Part shown: positions 42,484-52,630 of the stretch, piece after piece
Numbering within the stretch: the stretch's first letter is position 1
Layout of the letters: every line of letters begins with the position of its first letter
Source: Dehalococcoidia bacterium
GTDB lineage: Bacteria > Chloroflexota > Dehalococcoidia > UBA2979
Assembly (NCBI GenBank): GCA_963667465.2
Contig: CAXXDN010000002.1
Coordinates: 1,056,001-1,120,000 of the forward strand
Length of the DNA: 64,000 nucleotides
Direction: 5' to 3'
Made by a program: the position numbers and the translations under genes
The notes under the pieces: generated by a model
Database searches by the model: none
Told to the model about the DNA's origin: nothing
What the model saw: only the letters and a program-made list of their open reading frames with translations

Positions 42484-43335
42484 CTACTCGGCGGTCGCGG
42501 CAGCCGGGAGGCGCGTACGCCGCAGCGAGGTGGCGACGAGGACGACGGCGAAGGCGGCCGTGGCAGAGAGCACGACTGCGGGACTGGCGGCGACGCCCGC
42601 GTGGAACGAGGCGTACAACCCGAACACCGAGCTGGCCACCCCGATCAGGAAGCTCGCCGCCATGATCCGCGGAATCCGCCGGAACAGCAGGCTCGCCGTC
42701 GCCGGCGGGATGATCAGCGTCGCCGTGACCAGCACGATGCCGATCGCCTGCAATGCCACCACCACCGCGAGGGCGATCAGCACCAGCAGCGAGAACTCGA
42801 AGAACGCCGTCCGCACCCCGGCCGCCGCCGCCATCGCTGGGTCGTAGGCGACCATTACCAGCTCGCGGTAGAAGGCGAGCACGAAGCCAACCACGACGAC
42901 GGCCAGGATCACTTCGCCCAGCAGGTCGGCCCGGGAGACGCCGAGGATGTCGCCGAATACGAAGGACACCAGGTCCGGCGTGTAGCTCGAGCGGCGCGAG
43001 ATCACGAGGATGCCGAGCGAGAAGGCGGAGACGAAGAAGATCGCGATCGCCGTGTCGTAGCTGACGCGCGAGGTGCGGCGTACGTAGCCGATCCCGAGCG
43101 CCGTCGCGACGGCCGCGGCGAGCGCGCCGAGCGCCACGCTCGCCCCGTTGACGAAGGCGATCGCGACGCCCGCCAGCGTCGCGTGCGCGAGCCCGCTGCC
43201 CGAGGCCGCCAGCCCCTTGTGCACGACGAACGTCCCGACCACCGAGCCGACCAGGCTGACGATCAGCAGCGAGGCCAACGCGCGCTGCATGAACTCGTAC
43301 TCGTACGGCTTGATCAGCCATTCCGCGAGTTCCAT
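42484..43335 (-). CDS. Zn/Mn ABC transporter permease (ZnuB/MntB family)
   Basis: FMQRAL, LAHATLAGVA, FGDILGVS, YDP..A...G, GIVLV.A.LIIP. Confidence 0.92.
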   Translation of the reverse strand: MELAEWLIKPYEYEFMQRALASLLIVSLVGSVVGTFVVHKGLAASGSGLAHATLAGVAIAFVNGASVALGALAAAVATALGIGYVRRTSRVSYDTAIAIFFVSAFSLGILVISRRSSYTPDLVSFVFGDILGVSRADLLGEVILAVVVVGFVLAFYRELVMVAYDPAMAAAAGVRTAFFEFSLLVLIALAVVVALQAIGIVLVTATLIIPPATASLLFRRIPRIMAASFLIGVASSVFGLYASFHAGVAASPAVVLSATAAFAVVLVATSLRRTRLPAAATAE

Positions 43336-43345
43336 CGGCCAGCCC

Positions 43346-43486
43346 TCAGTTCGTCCCGTAGCGCTCCGCGCCGATCGGGAGCAGGTCGTGCCCGCCTTCC
43401 TCGTGGGCTTGGGGCGGATCCTCGTGCCCGACGGGCCCGGCGGCTCGGTGGCTGTCGCAGTGCGGGTCTCCGTACTGCAACGTCAC
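43346..43486 (-). pseudogene. 46-aa His-rich ORF, possible remnant of the missing ABC ATPase
   Basis: GTG after GAGGA/GGAG; HCDSH...GHE...AHEEGGH; lies where the ATPase is expected. Confidence 0.35.
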
Positions 43487-43514
43487 CGGCCGCTCCGTCC
43501 TCGCCCTGCGAGCG

Positions 43515-43943
43515 CTACTCGCCGCCAAGCCCGTCGACCAGGGCGTTCGCGTTCGCACGCATCAGCTTGACGTAGCTGTCGACCTCGTCCGTGAACGCTG
43601 CGGAGTAGAGCGTCAGTGCGCGCACGTCCGCCTCCCGCGCGATCGCCTCGATGGCCTCGGCGGCGAACTGCGGCTCGCGGTAGACGGCGCCGACGTGGCG
43701 GTCGCCGACGATCTCGATGATCTCGGCCACGGCGGCCGCGCTTGCCTGCTGCGAGGGGTTGCCCGGCAGCAGGGTGGCTGCCAGCTCGAGCCCGTACTCG
43801 GCGGCGAAGTACTGGAATGCGTCGTGGTAGACGATCAGCACGCGGTGATCCTGCGGGATGCCGGCGATTGCGGCCCGGACCTCCTCGTCGAGCGCCTGCA
43901 GCTCGGCGAGGTAGGCCGCTTCGCGCTCGCGGTAGGCGGCGAA
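43515..43943 (-). pseudogene. C-terminal fragment of a Zn/Mn ABC substrate-binding protein
   Basis: LIVYHDAFQYFA..YGL, VYREPQF, SYVKLMRANA; no signal peptide or N-terminal lobe. Confidence 0.8.
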
Positions 43944-44095
43944 GGCAACGCACGCGGCGGATTCGGGTCGCGTTCGGACCTCTGGCAGGCTGCATGGTGA
44001 CACTCAGTATCAACGTGCATTACTATGCGCCCCGACGAGCCTCCCCACGAAGCCCGCTCGTTAGGTTTCAGGCGTTGCAGATAGGGGGTACCCGC

Positions 44096-44830
44096 ATGGC
44101 AATGGCGCCAACCAGACTCGCAGGTCTCGCGCTCATCGCGGGCGTCGTAATCGCGATGGTGGGATCGATCATCTTCCCCGGAGGACCGATCGTCGATAGC
44201 GTCGACCAGACGGACTTCGTGGGCGCGATCGAGGCGCTTGCCGCGAACCCTGGCCTCGGCCACCTCACGACGCTGATGGTGATCCTGGGGATGCTACTCC
44301 ACGGCTACGGCCTGCTCGGGCTCTTCGGCCTCGTGCGCGGCGGCGAGGGCTTCCAGGGTCCCGGGCTTCGGTTCGGGATCATCGTCAGCCTCTTCGGATG
44401 GGGTCTCTTCACCCTCTCGCTGGCAAAGCGCCACATGGTGATCCACCTCACGCAGCGCGCCGACAGCGCCGACACGGCCAGCCTGCAGGAGTTCTTCGAT
44501 AGCGCGGCGCTTACCGGTCACGTGGAGATGTCCGGGCTCGTCCTCGGTTTCATCGCCATCTACCCGTTCGGGTCGGCCCTCACCGGGCTCGGTCTCGCGC
44601 CGCGATTCGACAGGATGGACGTGTTCAAGGTGGCCTGCTACGGCCTCGTCCTTGTCGGAGTGGTGGGGTTCCTGAACTTCATCTACGCGCTCTTCGTCCC
44701 GGACACGGACCTCGTGCTGCATCTGCTGATCAACAACCTTGTGTTGATGGTCGGGTCGGTCTGCCTGTTGGTCGTCGGGCTCGGCATGTACCGCGGCCGC
44801 GGCGAGTTGACGCCGGACGACGCCACGTAG
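44096..44830 (+). CDS. Hypothetical membrane protein (about six TM segments)
   Basis: AGGGGG RBS; repeated hydrophobic segments; coding-like codon usage. Confidence 0.75.
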   Translation: MAMAPTRLAGLALIAGVVIAMVGSIIFPGGPIVDSVDQTDFVGAIEALAANPGLGHLTTLMVILGMLLHGYGLLGLFGLVRGGEGFQGPGLRFGIIVSLFGWGLFTLSLAKRHMVIHLTQRADSADTASLQEFFDSAALTGHVEMSGLVLGFIAIYPFGSALTGLGLAPRFDRMDVFKVACYGLVLVGVVGFLNFIYALFVPDTDLVLHLLINNLVLMVGSVCLLVVGLGMYRGRGELTPDDAT

Positions 44831-44974
44831 CACCCGCGGCGCAGGACGACGCCGTCCCGTCCACGCGGGGACGACCTCACCATGGCCGTCCTCGCGTGCG
44901 ACATCCGCCTTCGAGGTGGTTGCGCCGGGAGCCGAGCCTGCGCGGGGGCGGCCGGCCTCAGGCCCCTCGCCCGG

Positions 44975-47438
44975 CTACTCTTCGTGACGCCTGTGGACGC
45001 CCTCGATCGCCTCGTCGAGCTCTTCCCAGGTACGCTGCACCATCGAGCGCAGCCGCATGTTGCGGTAGGCGCCCCAGACGGTCATCGCGGGTGGCACGAC
45101 CAGCACCGCGACGATCAGCGAGTAGGCGATGGTGATCGCCGCCGTGATGCCGAACTGCTGGAAGGCGGCCAGTGGTGACGCCGCCAGCACGCCGATGCCG
45201 AGGCCCGTCGTGATCGCGGAGCCCAACAGCGCCGAGCCGGTGGCTCCGAGTGTCCGGACCGCCGCCCGCTCCGGATCCCGCACGCGCGTGAACTCCTCGC
45301 GGTAGCGATGGATCATGTGGATCGTGTAATCGACCCCGATCCCGATCGAGAGCGCCGTGATGATCGACGTGACGATGGTGTACGGGATGTCCAGCAGCGC
45401 CATCGTGCCCAGCACCGAGACAAGGACGAGCGCGGTCGGGACGACCGCGATCACCGCCAGCCCCGGCTGGCGCAAGGTGACCCAGAAGAAAATGGCAAGC
45501 ACGCTGAGAGCCACGACGACGGTGGTGCTGACCGAGTCCGTCTGCCGGTCCCGGACCGCATCCGTCACCGCGAACGAGACGATGGTCTCCGATGTCGCCG
45601 TGATCGCAGAGTCATCGCCCCGCCACAGCTCCTCGATGTCCTGCTGGAGCCTCCGCGAGGCAGCGGGATCACCCGTGTAGGCAGGGAACTGGACCAGCAT
45701 CGTGTCGATGCCGTTGGGGTCATTGACCAGACTGCGCGCGAGGGCGGGATCCCGCGCGCCGAGCCTGTCGAGGAGCTCCTGCATCAGCAGCGGATCGAGT
45801 TCCACGTCCGCTGAGGCTTCCCGGAAGAGTGCCGCGAGTTCCGGGTCGTACTTGTCGCCCGGTTCGCCGCTGTCGTGGACCCAATCCTGGATGAGCAACT
45901 CGTACGAGGTCTGAAGCGGACCCGCGCCCGCCCTCGGGCGGCTCGATCCGTCCTCGAAGGCGACCCGGAGATCCTTCAGGTTGAGGAGCGTCCGGGTCTC
46001 CGTGGCCTCCGCCTTGAGGAGCACACTGGCCACCTCTGTCGAGCCGCCGACGGCTGCGTCGAGCGTGTCCAGGTCCGTCAGCACGCTCCCACCTCGGGGC
46101 AGCAGGTCGCGGATGCTGTACTCCGAGTGGAGACCCGTCGCTGCGTACCCGAGGCCAATCGTCACCACGACCACGACTGCGATGTAGGGCGTGGGCCTGT
46201 GGGTGAGCTTCCTCCCCAGCCACTCCGCCAGTCGCTCGACGCCGGGGAACGCCTGCGAGATCAGGCGAGGCGGTTGCAACGTTCCGCGCGCCTCGCGCCG
46301 CCGGTCGATGATCGTCCGGCCGGCGGGAATCAGCATCAGCATCACGATCAGGCTCATGCCGACGCCCAGGCCCGCGATGATCCCGAAGTCGCCCAACGAT
46401 CTCAACCGGCGAGAACAGGCCCACCAGCAGGCTCACGATCGTCGTCACGGCAGCCAGCATGAGCGGGATGCTCACGTTGCCCAGTCCGATTCGCGCGGCG
46501 GCCGCCACAGGCTCACCCGCCGCGCGCTGCTCGCGGTAGTGCGAGACCGTCTGGATCGCATAGTCCACCGTGAGGCCGATCATGATGATCGGCACCATCG
46601 CGGTGAGCGCGTTCGGGGGACCGGTCAGCCCCAGCCCGTTTGGCCCGAGCCAGCCCTCGGCTCCACCAATCCAGACCAGCGCGACCACCAGACCCGCGAG
46701 GGTGAGCAGCAGGTCCGAGAGGGCGCGCATGAAGAGCAGGAGCAGCCCCGCAATCAACAGCAACGCCAGCCCGACCAGGGGCAGCATGGCGGTCTCCGTG
46801 GCCCTCCGGAACTCGTCCTCGATGACCACGAACGAGATGCTGCTCACACGCAGCGGATCCTGGCTCCCCGCGGCAAGTTCGCTGATCGTTCGTTCGGCAT
46901 CCTCGACTCGTTCGTCGGACGTGTCGACCAGGCGGATGCCGGCGGTCGCGATGGGCGTACCGTCGGAGTCAGTCCCGGTCATCACGGCGAGGAGGTCCCC
47001 GATGCCCGGGGCTCCGCGCACCGCATCGATTTGCGCCTGCGTGACCGACTCGAAGTCCTCCACCTGGAGGGCGCCCTGTATGAGCTGAGCCGGTGAAATA
47101 ACCGGATTGGCGGGGACGAGCAATTCCCCGATCCCCGGGGCGGCGACGATCTCGTCGAGCAGGGACGCCATCTGCGCGAGTCCATCGGGAGTCAGCGCGT
47201 CCCCACGGAAGAGGAGCGTTGCGACCCGTACGTCCCCGGCCTCCCCGAAAAGCTCATCGATCTCGGTCAGGGCCTGGGCGACCGCGCTCCCTTGCGGGAG
47301 CGTCGCCTCGGTGTCCGGCGGCGCCGCGCGCAGCCCGGACCCGGCGGCGAGCAGGACGGTGATGAGGACGAGGACGGCGATCGTGATCCACGGGCGAGCG
47401 ATGACCAGCCGGCTCAGCGCGCCGAGTGCGTTGTCCAT
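44975..47438 (-). pseudogene. MMPL/RND family transporter split by a +1 frameshift near 46393 (real or sequencing error)
   Basis: GLTVDYAI and GIGVDYTIH motifs lie in different frames; ...SPVEIVG / DFGIIAG rejoin if one G is removed. Confidence 0.8.
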
Positions 47439-47475
47439 GACTTGCCCCACATCTCCCAGACAGTCGCCCAGCAAC

Positions 47476-47494
47476 CTACATTGTGACTATGTAG
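47476..47494. promoter_or_regulatory. Inverted repeat CTACAT-N7-ATGTAG upstream of the MMPL gene; possible repressor operator
   Basis: AT-rich dyad 38 bp upstream of the start codon. Confidence 0.45.
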
Positions 47495-47598
47495 CACATG
47501 CTCGAGCTGCGCAGTACACGGCGCCACAAGCGCCGGATGCCAGGCGGCCGCACCCCGAAGGATGCGGCCGCGTTGGTCTCGTACGGAGCTGCTGGTCG

Positions 47599-48729
47599 CT
47601 ACTGCCCCAGCGCGGTGATCGCCGTCTGTTGAGATCGCTGGAGTTCCTCGTCGTTCATGCACTCCCAGGGTCTGCCGCCGCCGGCGGCGAGCGCCGCCGG
47701 GTCCGTCGCCGACGGATCGTACGCGCGGACGTTGATCAGCGCCGGGTAGTGCGGCTGTTCACCCTCGAAGTCGGCAAGGCAAGCCTTGGTCTCATCGGAC
47801 AGCTCGCCGGTTGCCGTCTCGGTGATCGCGACGAATGCCCGGACGTAGGCCTCGTCCGACATGCAATCGGCCACCGCATCCGAGACGTCGAAGGCCTCGT
47901 GGACCGTGCCGGCGAGGAGTGTGTCGTACTCCGCGTCGCTGAGCGCGTCACGGATGCAGGTGACATCCGCCTCGGGAATCGCGCCGATCAGGTCGTGCTC
48001 GGCGGTCGTGAGGCTATCATTCACCTCCTGGAGACCCACCAGGTAGTCGATCTGCTCCTGCACGGTGAAGCAGTTGTAGGCCTCCGGGAAGAACGGCCGC
48101 GCGCCCGCAGCCCCGCCCACCTCGTCGCCCACGGGCACACCCAGTGAAATCAAGATGACGGTGGGGTTTGTGACACTGATGCCGATCATGCAGGCGACGG
48201 TGTCGTCGCTCCAACCGCCAGCCTGGGCCGAGATGAACTTGACGCCGAGTGTCACGACGTTCTCGACCTCGAGGCAGCCGAAGAGCGGTGCCCCGGCCTC
48301 GGCTTGCTGGGCGGCCAGCAGGATGGGCGTGGCGAGCAGGACGTCGTAGATGAGGTCACCGAAGGCCTCGCGGACACAGGCCTGCTCGGCCTCGGAGACG
48401 CTGTCCATGAGGTCCTTGCCGGTGGTTGCCGGGGTGATCGCCAGCTCGTTGACTCCCTGGGCGGGCTGGGTCGCTGACGGGGTGGCGGCCTCCGTAGGCG
48501 TCGCCGTCGCCGCGGATGTCGCTTCGGGCGTCGGGGTCGGAGTTGGAGTAGGCGGTGCCGGGGTAGGCGTCGGGGTAGGCGTCGGCGCGGGTGTCGCCGC
48601 CACGGTCGGCGCCGCCGTCGGCGTCGGTTCGGGGTCATCGCCACCACCGCAGGCAGCAGCGAACGCGACGACGGCAATGGTCACGGCGAGGGCGACGAGC
48701 CAGCCTGATCGAATGAAGCGCATGGCCAT
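47599..48729 (-). CDS. Lipoprotein with a Pro/Thr stalk and two 4-Cys repeats
   Basis: Signal peptide with FAAAC lipobox, (PT)n linker, duplicated Cys domain. Confidence 0.8.
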   Translation of the reverse strand: MAMRFIRSGWLVALAVTIAVVAFAAACGGGDDPEPTPTAAPTVAATPAPTPTPTPTPAPPTPTPTPTPEATSAATATPTEAATPSATQPAQGVNELAITPATTGKDLMDSVSEAEQACVREAFGDLIYDVLLATPILLAAQQAEAGAPLFGCLEVENVVTLGVKFISAQAGGWSDDTVACMIGISVTNPTVILISLGVPVGDEVGGAAGARPFFPEAYNCFTVQEQIDYLVGLQEVNDSLTTAEHDLIGAIPEADVTCIRDALSDAEYDTLLAGTVHEAFDVSDAVADCMSDEAYVRAFVAITETATGELSDETKACLADFEGEQPHYPALINVRAYDPSATDPAALAAGGGRPWECMNDEELQRSQQTAITALGQ

Positions 48730-48833
48730 GTTCCAATCCCCTAAGGTGGGAGGTGTCTGGGAGTCCGTGCAGTATAATGAACTCACCTTGGGCCGCGAGC
48801 CTGCCGATGCGGCAAGCAGCCCTCGTGGATCGT

Positions 48834-48920
48834 GCCGAAGTGGCGGAACGGCAGACGCGCTGCGTTCAGGGCGCAGTGGGGTTTAACCCCGTGTGAGTTC
48901 AAATCTCACCTTCGGCACCA
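48834..48920 (+). tRNA. tRNA-Leu(CAG)
   Basis: Acceptor GCCGAAG/CTTCGGC, anticodon arm CTGCG-TTCAGGG-CGCAG, long variable arm, CCA. Confidence 0.96.
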
Positions 48921-48951
48921 TAACCCGGGAATACCGCATACTGGTTCGCAC

Positions 48952-49027
48952 GCGCCCGTAGCTCAGGGGATAGAGCGCAGCCCTGCGGAGGCTGAGGCCG
49001 AAGGTTCGAATCCTTCCGGGCGCGCCA
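48952..49027 (+). tRNA. tRNA-Arg(GCG)
   Basis: Acceptor GCGCCCG/CGGGCGC, anticodon arm CAGCC-CTGCGGA-GGCTG, GGTTCGAATCC, CCA. Confidence 0.95.
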
Positions 49028-49090
49028 TACCGCTGCTCCCGCCTCACCGCCCGAACGACACTCTCGCCCTCCTCGCGTTACCCTTGCGCC

Positions 49091-50383
49091 ATGACCACCG
49101 CCGCACGCTCAGGCCCGACCGAGGCGCCCGCGTCCGACGCCGGCAGCACCGAGTCGCCCCCGCAGAGCCACGAGAGCATGCGGCTCATGGTCGGGCTCTC
49201 CGCCGGCCACGGCGTAAAGCACTTCTACCAGCAGACGCTGCTGCTGCTGCTCCCGCACATCAAGGAAGCGCTGCTGCTCAGCGACGTAGCTGCCGGCGGG
49301 ATCATCGGCGCTCGCGCGGCGGCCATGGGCGCGATGAATGTCCCTGCGGGCGTTTTCACGGACATGTTCCGCAGCCGCATCGCGCTCATGCTCACGGGGA
49401 GCATGGCCTGTCTCGCCCTCGGCTACGCGGCGATCGGGCTTGCCTCCAACTACTGGCTGATCCTGATCGCGGTCGCCGTCTGCGGCGCCGGCACCTCGAT
49501 GTGGCACGCACCCGCCTTCACGGAGCTGGCGGTGCGCTACCCGCAGCGGCGCGCCTTCGCGATCGCCGCGCACCGCTCCGGCGGCTCGATCGGGGATTCC
49601 TCCGCGCCATTCGTGATCGGCATCCTGCTCGGCGGGGTGAGCCTCCTGGGCCTCGAGTGGGGCGGGCTGAGCTGGCGCACCGTGGCGCTGCTGCACGTTG
49701 GTCCCGCCGTGGTCACCGGCGTAGTGATCCTGATCCGCTTCAAGTCCGCCGGCGCGGGCGCCCAGGCGCGTGTGCGGCTGCGCGAGTACCTCGGCTCGGC
49801 GCGTCCGCTGTTCCGCAACCCGACCGTGATCGCGCTCGTCTCCGTGACGGCGCTACGCGGGATGGCGCACAACGCCTTCGCCGCCTTCCTCGTGCTCTAC
49901 ATGGCCGAGGACCTTGACTACTCCGATGTCGTGGTCGGCGCTCACCTCGGACTGCTGACGCTGCTCGGCATCCTCGCCGGGCCGGTCATGGGCGCGGTTT
50001 CGGACCGCATCGGGCGGCGGCCGGTGATCATGTTCGGGCTGATCACGATGTCGATGCTGACCTTCGCCTTCCTCTGGGCGGATAGCGGCTGGTCGCTGAC
50101 GATCACCCTCGCGCTGCTCGGCATCGTGCTGTTCTCCGTGAACTCGATCATGATGGCCGCCGCCATGGAGTCCGTGCAGGGCGGCAGCGAGGGGTCGGCG
50201 GTTGCGATGCTGTTCACCGGCGGCGCGATCGTCGGCGCGATCTCGCCCGTCGTCGCCGGGGCGATCAACACGGCCTGGGACTTCCACGGCGTAGTCGTCT
50301 ACGCCGGCTGCATCGCCGCCCTCGCCGCCGTGATCGCCGCGCTCGCCCCGCTGCGCGAGGTACGGCCCATCTCCGAGGCGTAG
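49091..50383 (+). CDS. MFS transporter (Fsr-like)
   Basis: GAVSDRIGRR motif A, about 12 TM segments. Confidence 0.9.
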   Translation: MTTAARSGPTEAPASDAGSTESPPQSHESMRLMVGLSAGHGVKHFYQQTLLLLLPHIKEALLLSDVAAGGIIGARAAAMGAMNVPAGVFTDMFRSRIALMLTGSMACLALGYAAIGLASNYWLILIAVAVCGAGTSMWHAPAFTELAVRYPQRRAFAIAAHRSGGSIGDSSAPFVIGILLGGVSLLGLEWGGLSWRTVALLHVGPAVVTGVVILIRFKSAGAGAQARVRLREYLGSARPLFRNPTVIALVSVTALRGMAHNAFAAFLVLYMAEDLDYSDVVVGAHLGLLTLLGILAGPVMGAVSDRIGRRPVIMFGLITMSMLTFAFLWADSGWSLTITLALLGIVLFSVNSIMMAAAMESVQGGSEGSAVAMLFTGGAIVGAISPVVAGAINTAWDFHGVVVYAGCIAALAAVIAALAPLREVRPISEA

Positions 50384-50402
50384 CCGGCGCCGGCAGCGCC
50401 TT

Positions 50403-51266
50403 TCAGTCCGCCGCGCTCAGCCCCGCAAGCTGCTCACTCAGCTTCCAGGCGCGCTCCTGCGCGGCACGGTCGGCGGCGTCCCCGGCGGGCTCCTCGATGC
50501 GGTCCTTGCTCCAGTAGGTTCCGCTGACGCCGGCAACCTCATCGGAGATCGCGAGGCGCAGCACGTGCGAGGCTCCTCGCTCCGGCGACATGAGCGCCCA
50601 GCGGGCGACGAGGTCGAACCCGATGCTCATGAGGCGGTTACCGGACTTCCGGGCGATGCCGGTGCGGACGAAGCCCGGGTGGACACTGTTCGCGGTCACG
50701 CCGGAGCCATCGAGGCGCCTCGCGAGCTCGTTCGTGGTCATGATCATCAGCGCCTTTGCCTGGCCGTAGGCGCGCATCATCCGGTAGTGGCGCTCGCAGG
50801 CGAGGTCGTCCCAGCGCACCCCGGAACGGTGCGCGATCGAGGCCACGTTGACGATTCGCGCGCCGAACCCGCGGTCTTCCCCGGCCCCGGCTCGCAGCAG
50901 CGGCAGCAACTCCGCGGTGAGCACGAACGGCGAGAGGTGGTTGAGCGCGAGGGACAGCTCCAGCCCCTCGGCGCTCTCTCCCCGCCTGGAGAACAAGCCG
51001 CCGGCGCTATTGATGAGCACGTCGATGCGGTCGTGGCGTTCGCGGATCTCGGCCGCGGCGCGACGCGTTTGCTCGAGGCTGGCGAGGTCGGCCACAACCC
51101 AGTCGGTCGCCGCGCCAAGTTCCGAGGCCAGCTCGCCCAGCAGCGCCTCGTTGCGACCGACGAGCGTGAGGCGCGCGCCGGCGGCGGCCAGCGCGCGCGC
51201 GGCCGCCTTGCCAATGCCGGAGGTCGCCCCGCTGAGCACGACCGTGCGGCCGCTCGTATCGGACAT
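50403..51266 (-). CDS. SDR family oxidoreductase (retinol dehydrogenase-like)
   Basis: SGATSGIG, NHLSPF, YGQAK, HPGFVRT; GAGGAGG RBS. Confidence 0.9.
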   Translation of the reverse strand: MSDTSGRTVVLSGATSGIGKAAARALAAAGARLTLVGRNEALLGELASELGAATDWVVADLASLEQTRRAAAEIRERHDRIDVLINSAGGLFSRRGESAEGLELSLALNHLSPFVLTAELLPLLRAGAGEDRGFGARIVNVASIAHRSGVRWDDLACERHYRMMRAYGQAKALMIMTTNELARRLDGSGVTANSVHPGFVRTGIARKSGNRLMSIGFDLVARWALMSPERGASHVLRLAISDEVAGVSGTYWSKDRIEEPAGDAADRAAQERAWKLSEQLAGLSAAD

Positions 51267-51394
51267 CGCGTGCCTCCTCGCGGCCACGATACAGCCGTTC
51301 AGTGCGGCCGCACCTGCCGGGTGCGGGCGAGCGCGCGCTTTGAGGATCGCCGCTCGATCCGCCAGAATCGCTTCGCCCGTCGCCGGAGGCGCCC

Positions 51395-52630
51395 GTGTCG
51401 ACAGAAGCCAGCGCTGCCTCGCCCGCCGAACCCGGACCCCTCGAGGGCCTGCGCATCCTCGATCTCAGCCAGGGAATCACCGGCCCCTACGCCACGAAGC
51501 TGTTCGCGGACTACGGCGCTGAGGTCACGAAGATCGAGCATCCCGGGCGCGGCGACGTCTCGCGTCGCTTCGGCCCCTTCCCCGGCGACCAGCCGCACCG
51601 CGAGCGCAGCGGCATGTTCCTCGAGCTCAACACCGGCAAGCGCAGCGTCACGCTGAACCTCAAGACAGCGAGTGGCCGCGCGATCCTGATGCGTCTCGCG
51701 GAGCAGGCCGACCTCGCCGTCGAGAGCTTCCGGCCGGGCACGCTCGAACGCCTCGGCATCGCCGACCCGGCGCTGCGCGAGGCCAATCCCGCGCTCTCGC
51801 TGGTGCGCATCTCCAACTTCGGTCAAGACGGCCCGTACCGCGACTTCGCGGCAGACGACATGCTCGCCTACGCGATGGGCGGGGTGCTCTCGATCACGCT
51901 CATGGAGGGACGCGAGCCGGTCAAGCTCGGCATCTATGCTCCGCTCTTCCTCGCTGGCGGCGTCGTCGCGGCGTACGCCTTCGGCGCGCTCACGGGCGGA
52001 CGCCGCAGCGGCCACGGCGAGCGCGCCGACGTCTCGCTGATGGAGGTGCTGGCGGGCTCGATGGATCGGGGCGGCACCAACCTGCTCTCGACGCAGTACT
52101 CCGGCGCGCTCGGCCACGGGATTGCCTCACCCGCCAGCGTGTCGCTGCCGAGCGGGCCCTACCCGTGCAAGGACGGCTATGTGCACATCAACGCCTCGAT
52201 CCGCTGGTGGGACCGGCTCTGCCGGCTCCTCGGGCGCCCCGACCTGATCGACGACCCCGAGTACGTGGAGCACCTCGACGACCCCGCACTCGCCCCGAAG
52301 GTCGACGAGCTGTTCCTGCCCTGGGTGCTCTCGAAGACCAAGCGCGAGGCAATGCTGGAGGCGCAGGCCCACGGCCTGGGCGCAACGGCGATCTACACAA
52401 TGGAAGACCTGCGCAGCGACCCCCATGTGCGCGGGCGCGGCTACTTCCAGCGCCTCGATCACCCCGCCGCCGGATCCCTCGAGTACTTTGGCCCGCCGTT
52501 CACGCTGCACGGCACGCCCGTGCAGCTGCGTCGCGCGCCGTTGCTCGGCGAACACACCGTCGAGTTGCTCAGCGGGATCGGCTACAGCCGCCAGCAGATC
52601 GTGCAACTGCGCCAGCGGAACATCGTCTGA
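51395..52630 (+). CDS. Family III CoA-transferase, probable non-catalytic subunit
   Basis: LNTGKRSV, ESFRPG, ISNFGQDGPY; Leu at the catalytic Asp position. Confidence 0.88.
   Translation: MSTEASAASPAEPGPLEGLRILDLSQGITGPYATKLFADYGAEVTKIEHPGRGDVSRRFGPFPGDQPHRERSGMFLELNTGKRSVTLNLKTASGRAILMRLAEQADLAVESFRPGTLERLGIADPALREANPALSLVRISNFGQDGPYRDFAADDMLAYAMGGVLSITLMEGREPVKLGIYAPLFLAGGVVAAYAFGALTGGRRSGHGERADVSLMEVLAGSMDRGGTNLLSTQYSGALGHGIASPASVSLPSGPYPCKDGYVHINASIRWWDRLCRLLGRPDLIDDPEYVEHLDDPALAPKVDELFLPWVLSKTKREAMLEAQAHGLGATAIYTMEDLRSDPHVRGRGYFQRLDHPAAGSLEYFGPPFTLHGTPVQLRRAPLLGEHTVELLSGIGYSRQQIVQLRQRNIV

Noticed and set aside
42354-49027. Classical tRNA-integrated genomic island
   Set aside because: No integrase and no duplicated tRNA 3' end found by eye; only decay and a compositional hint, reported separately.
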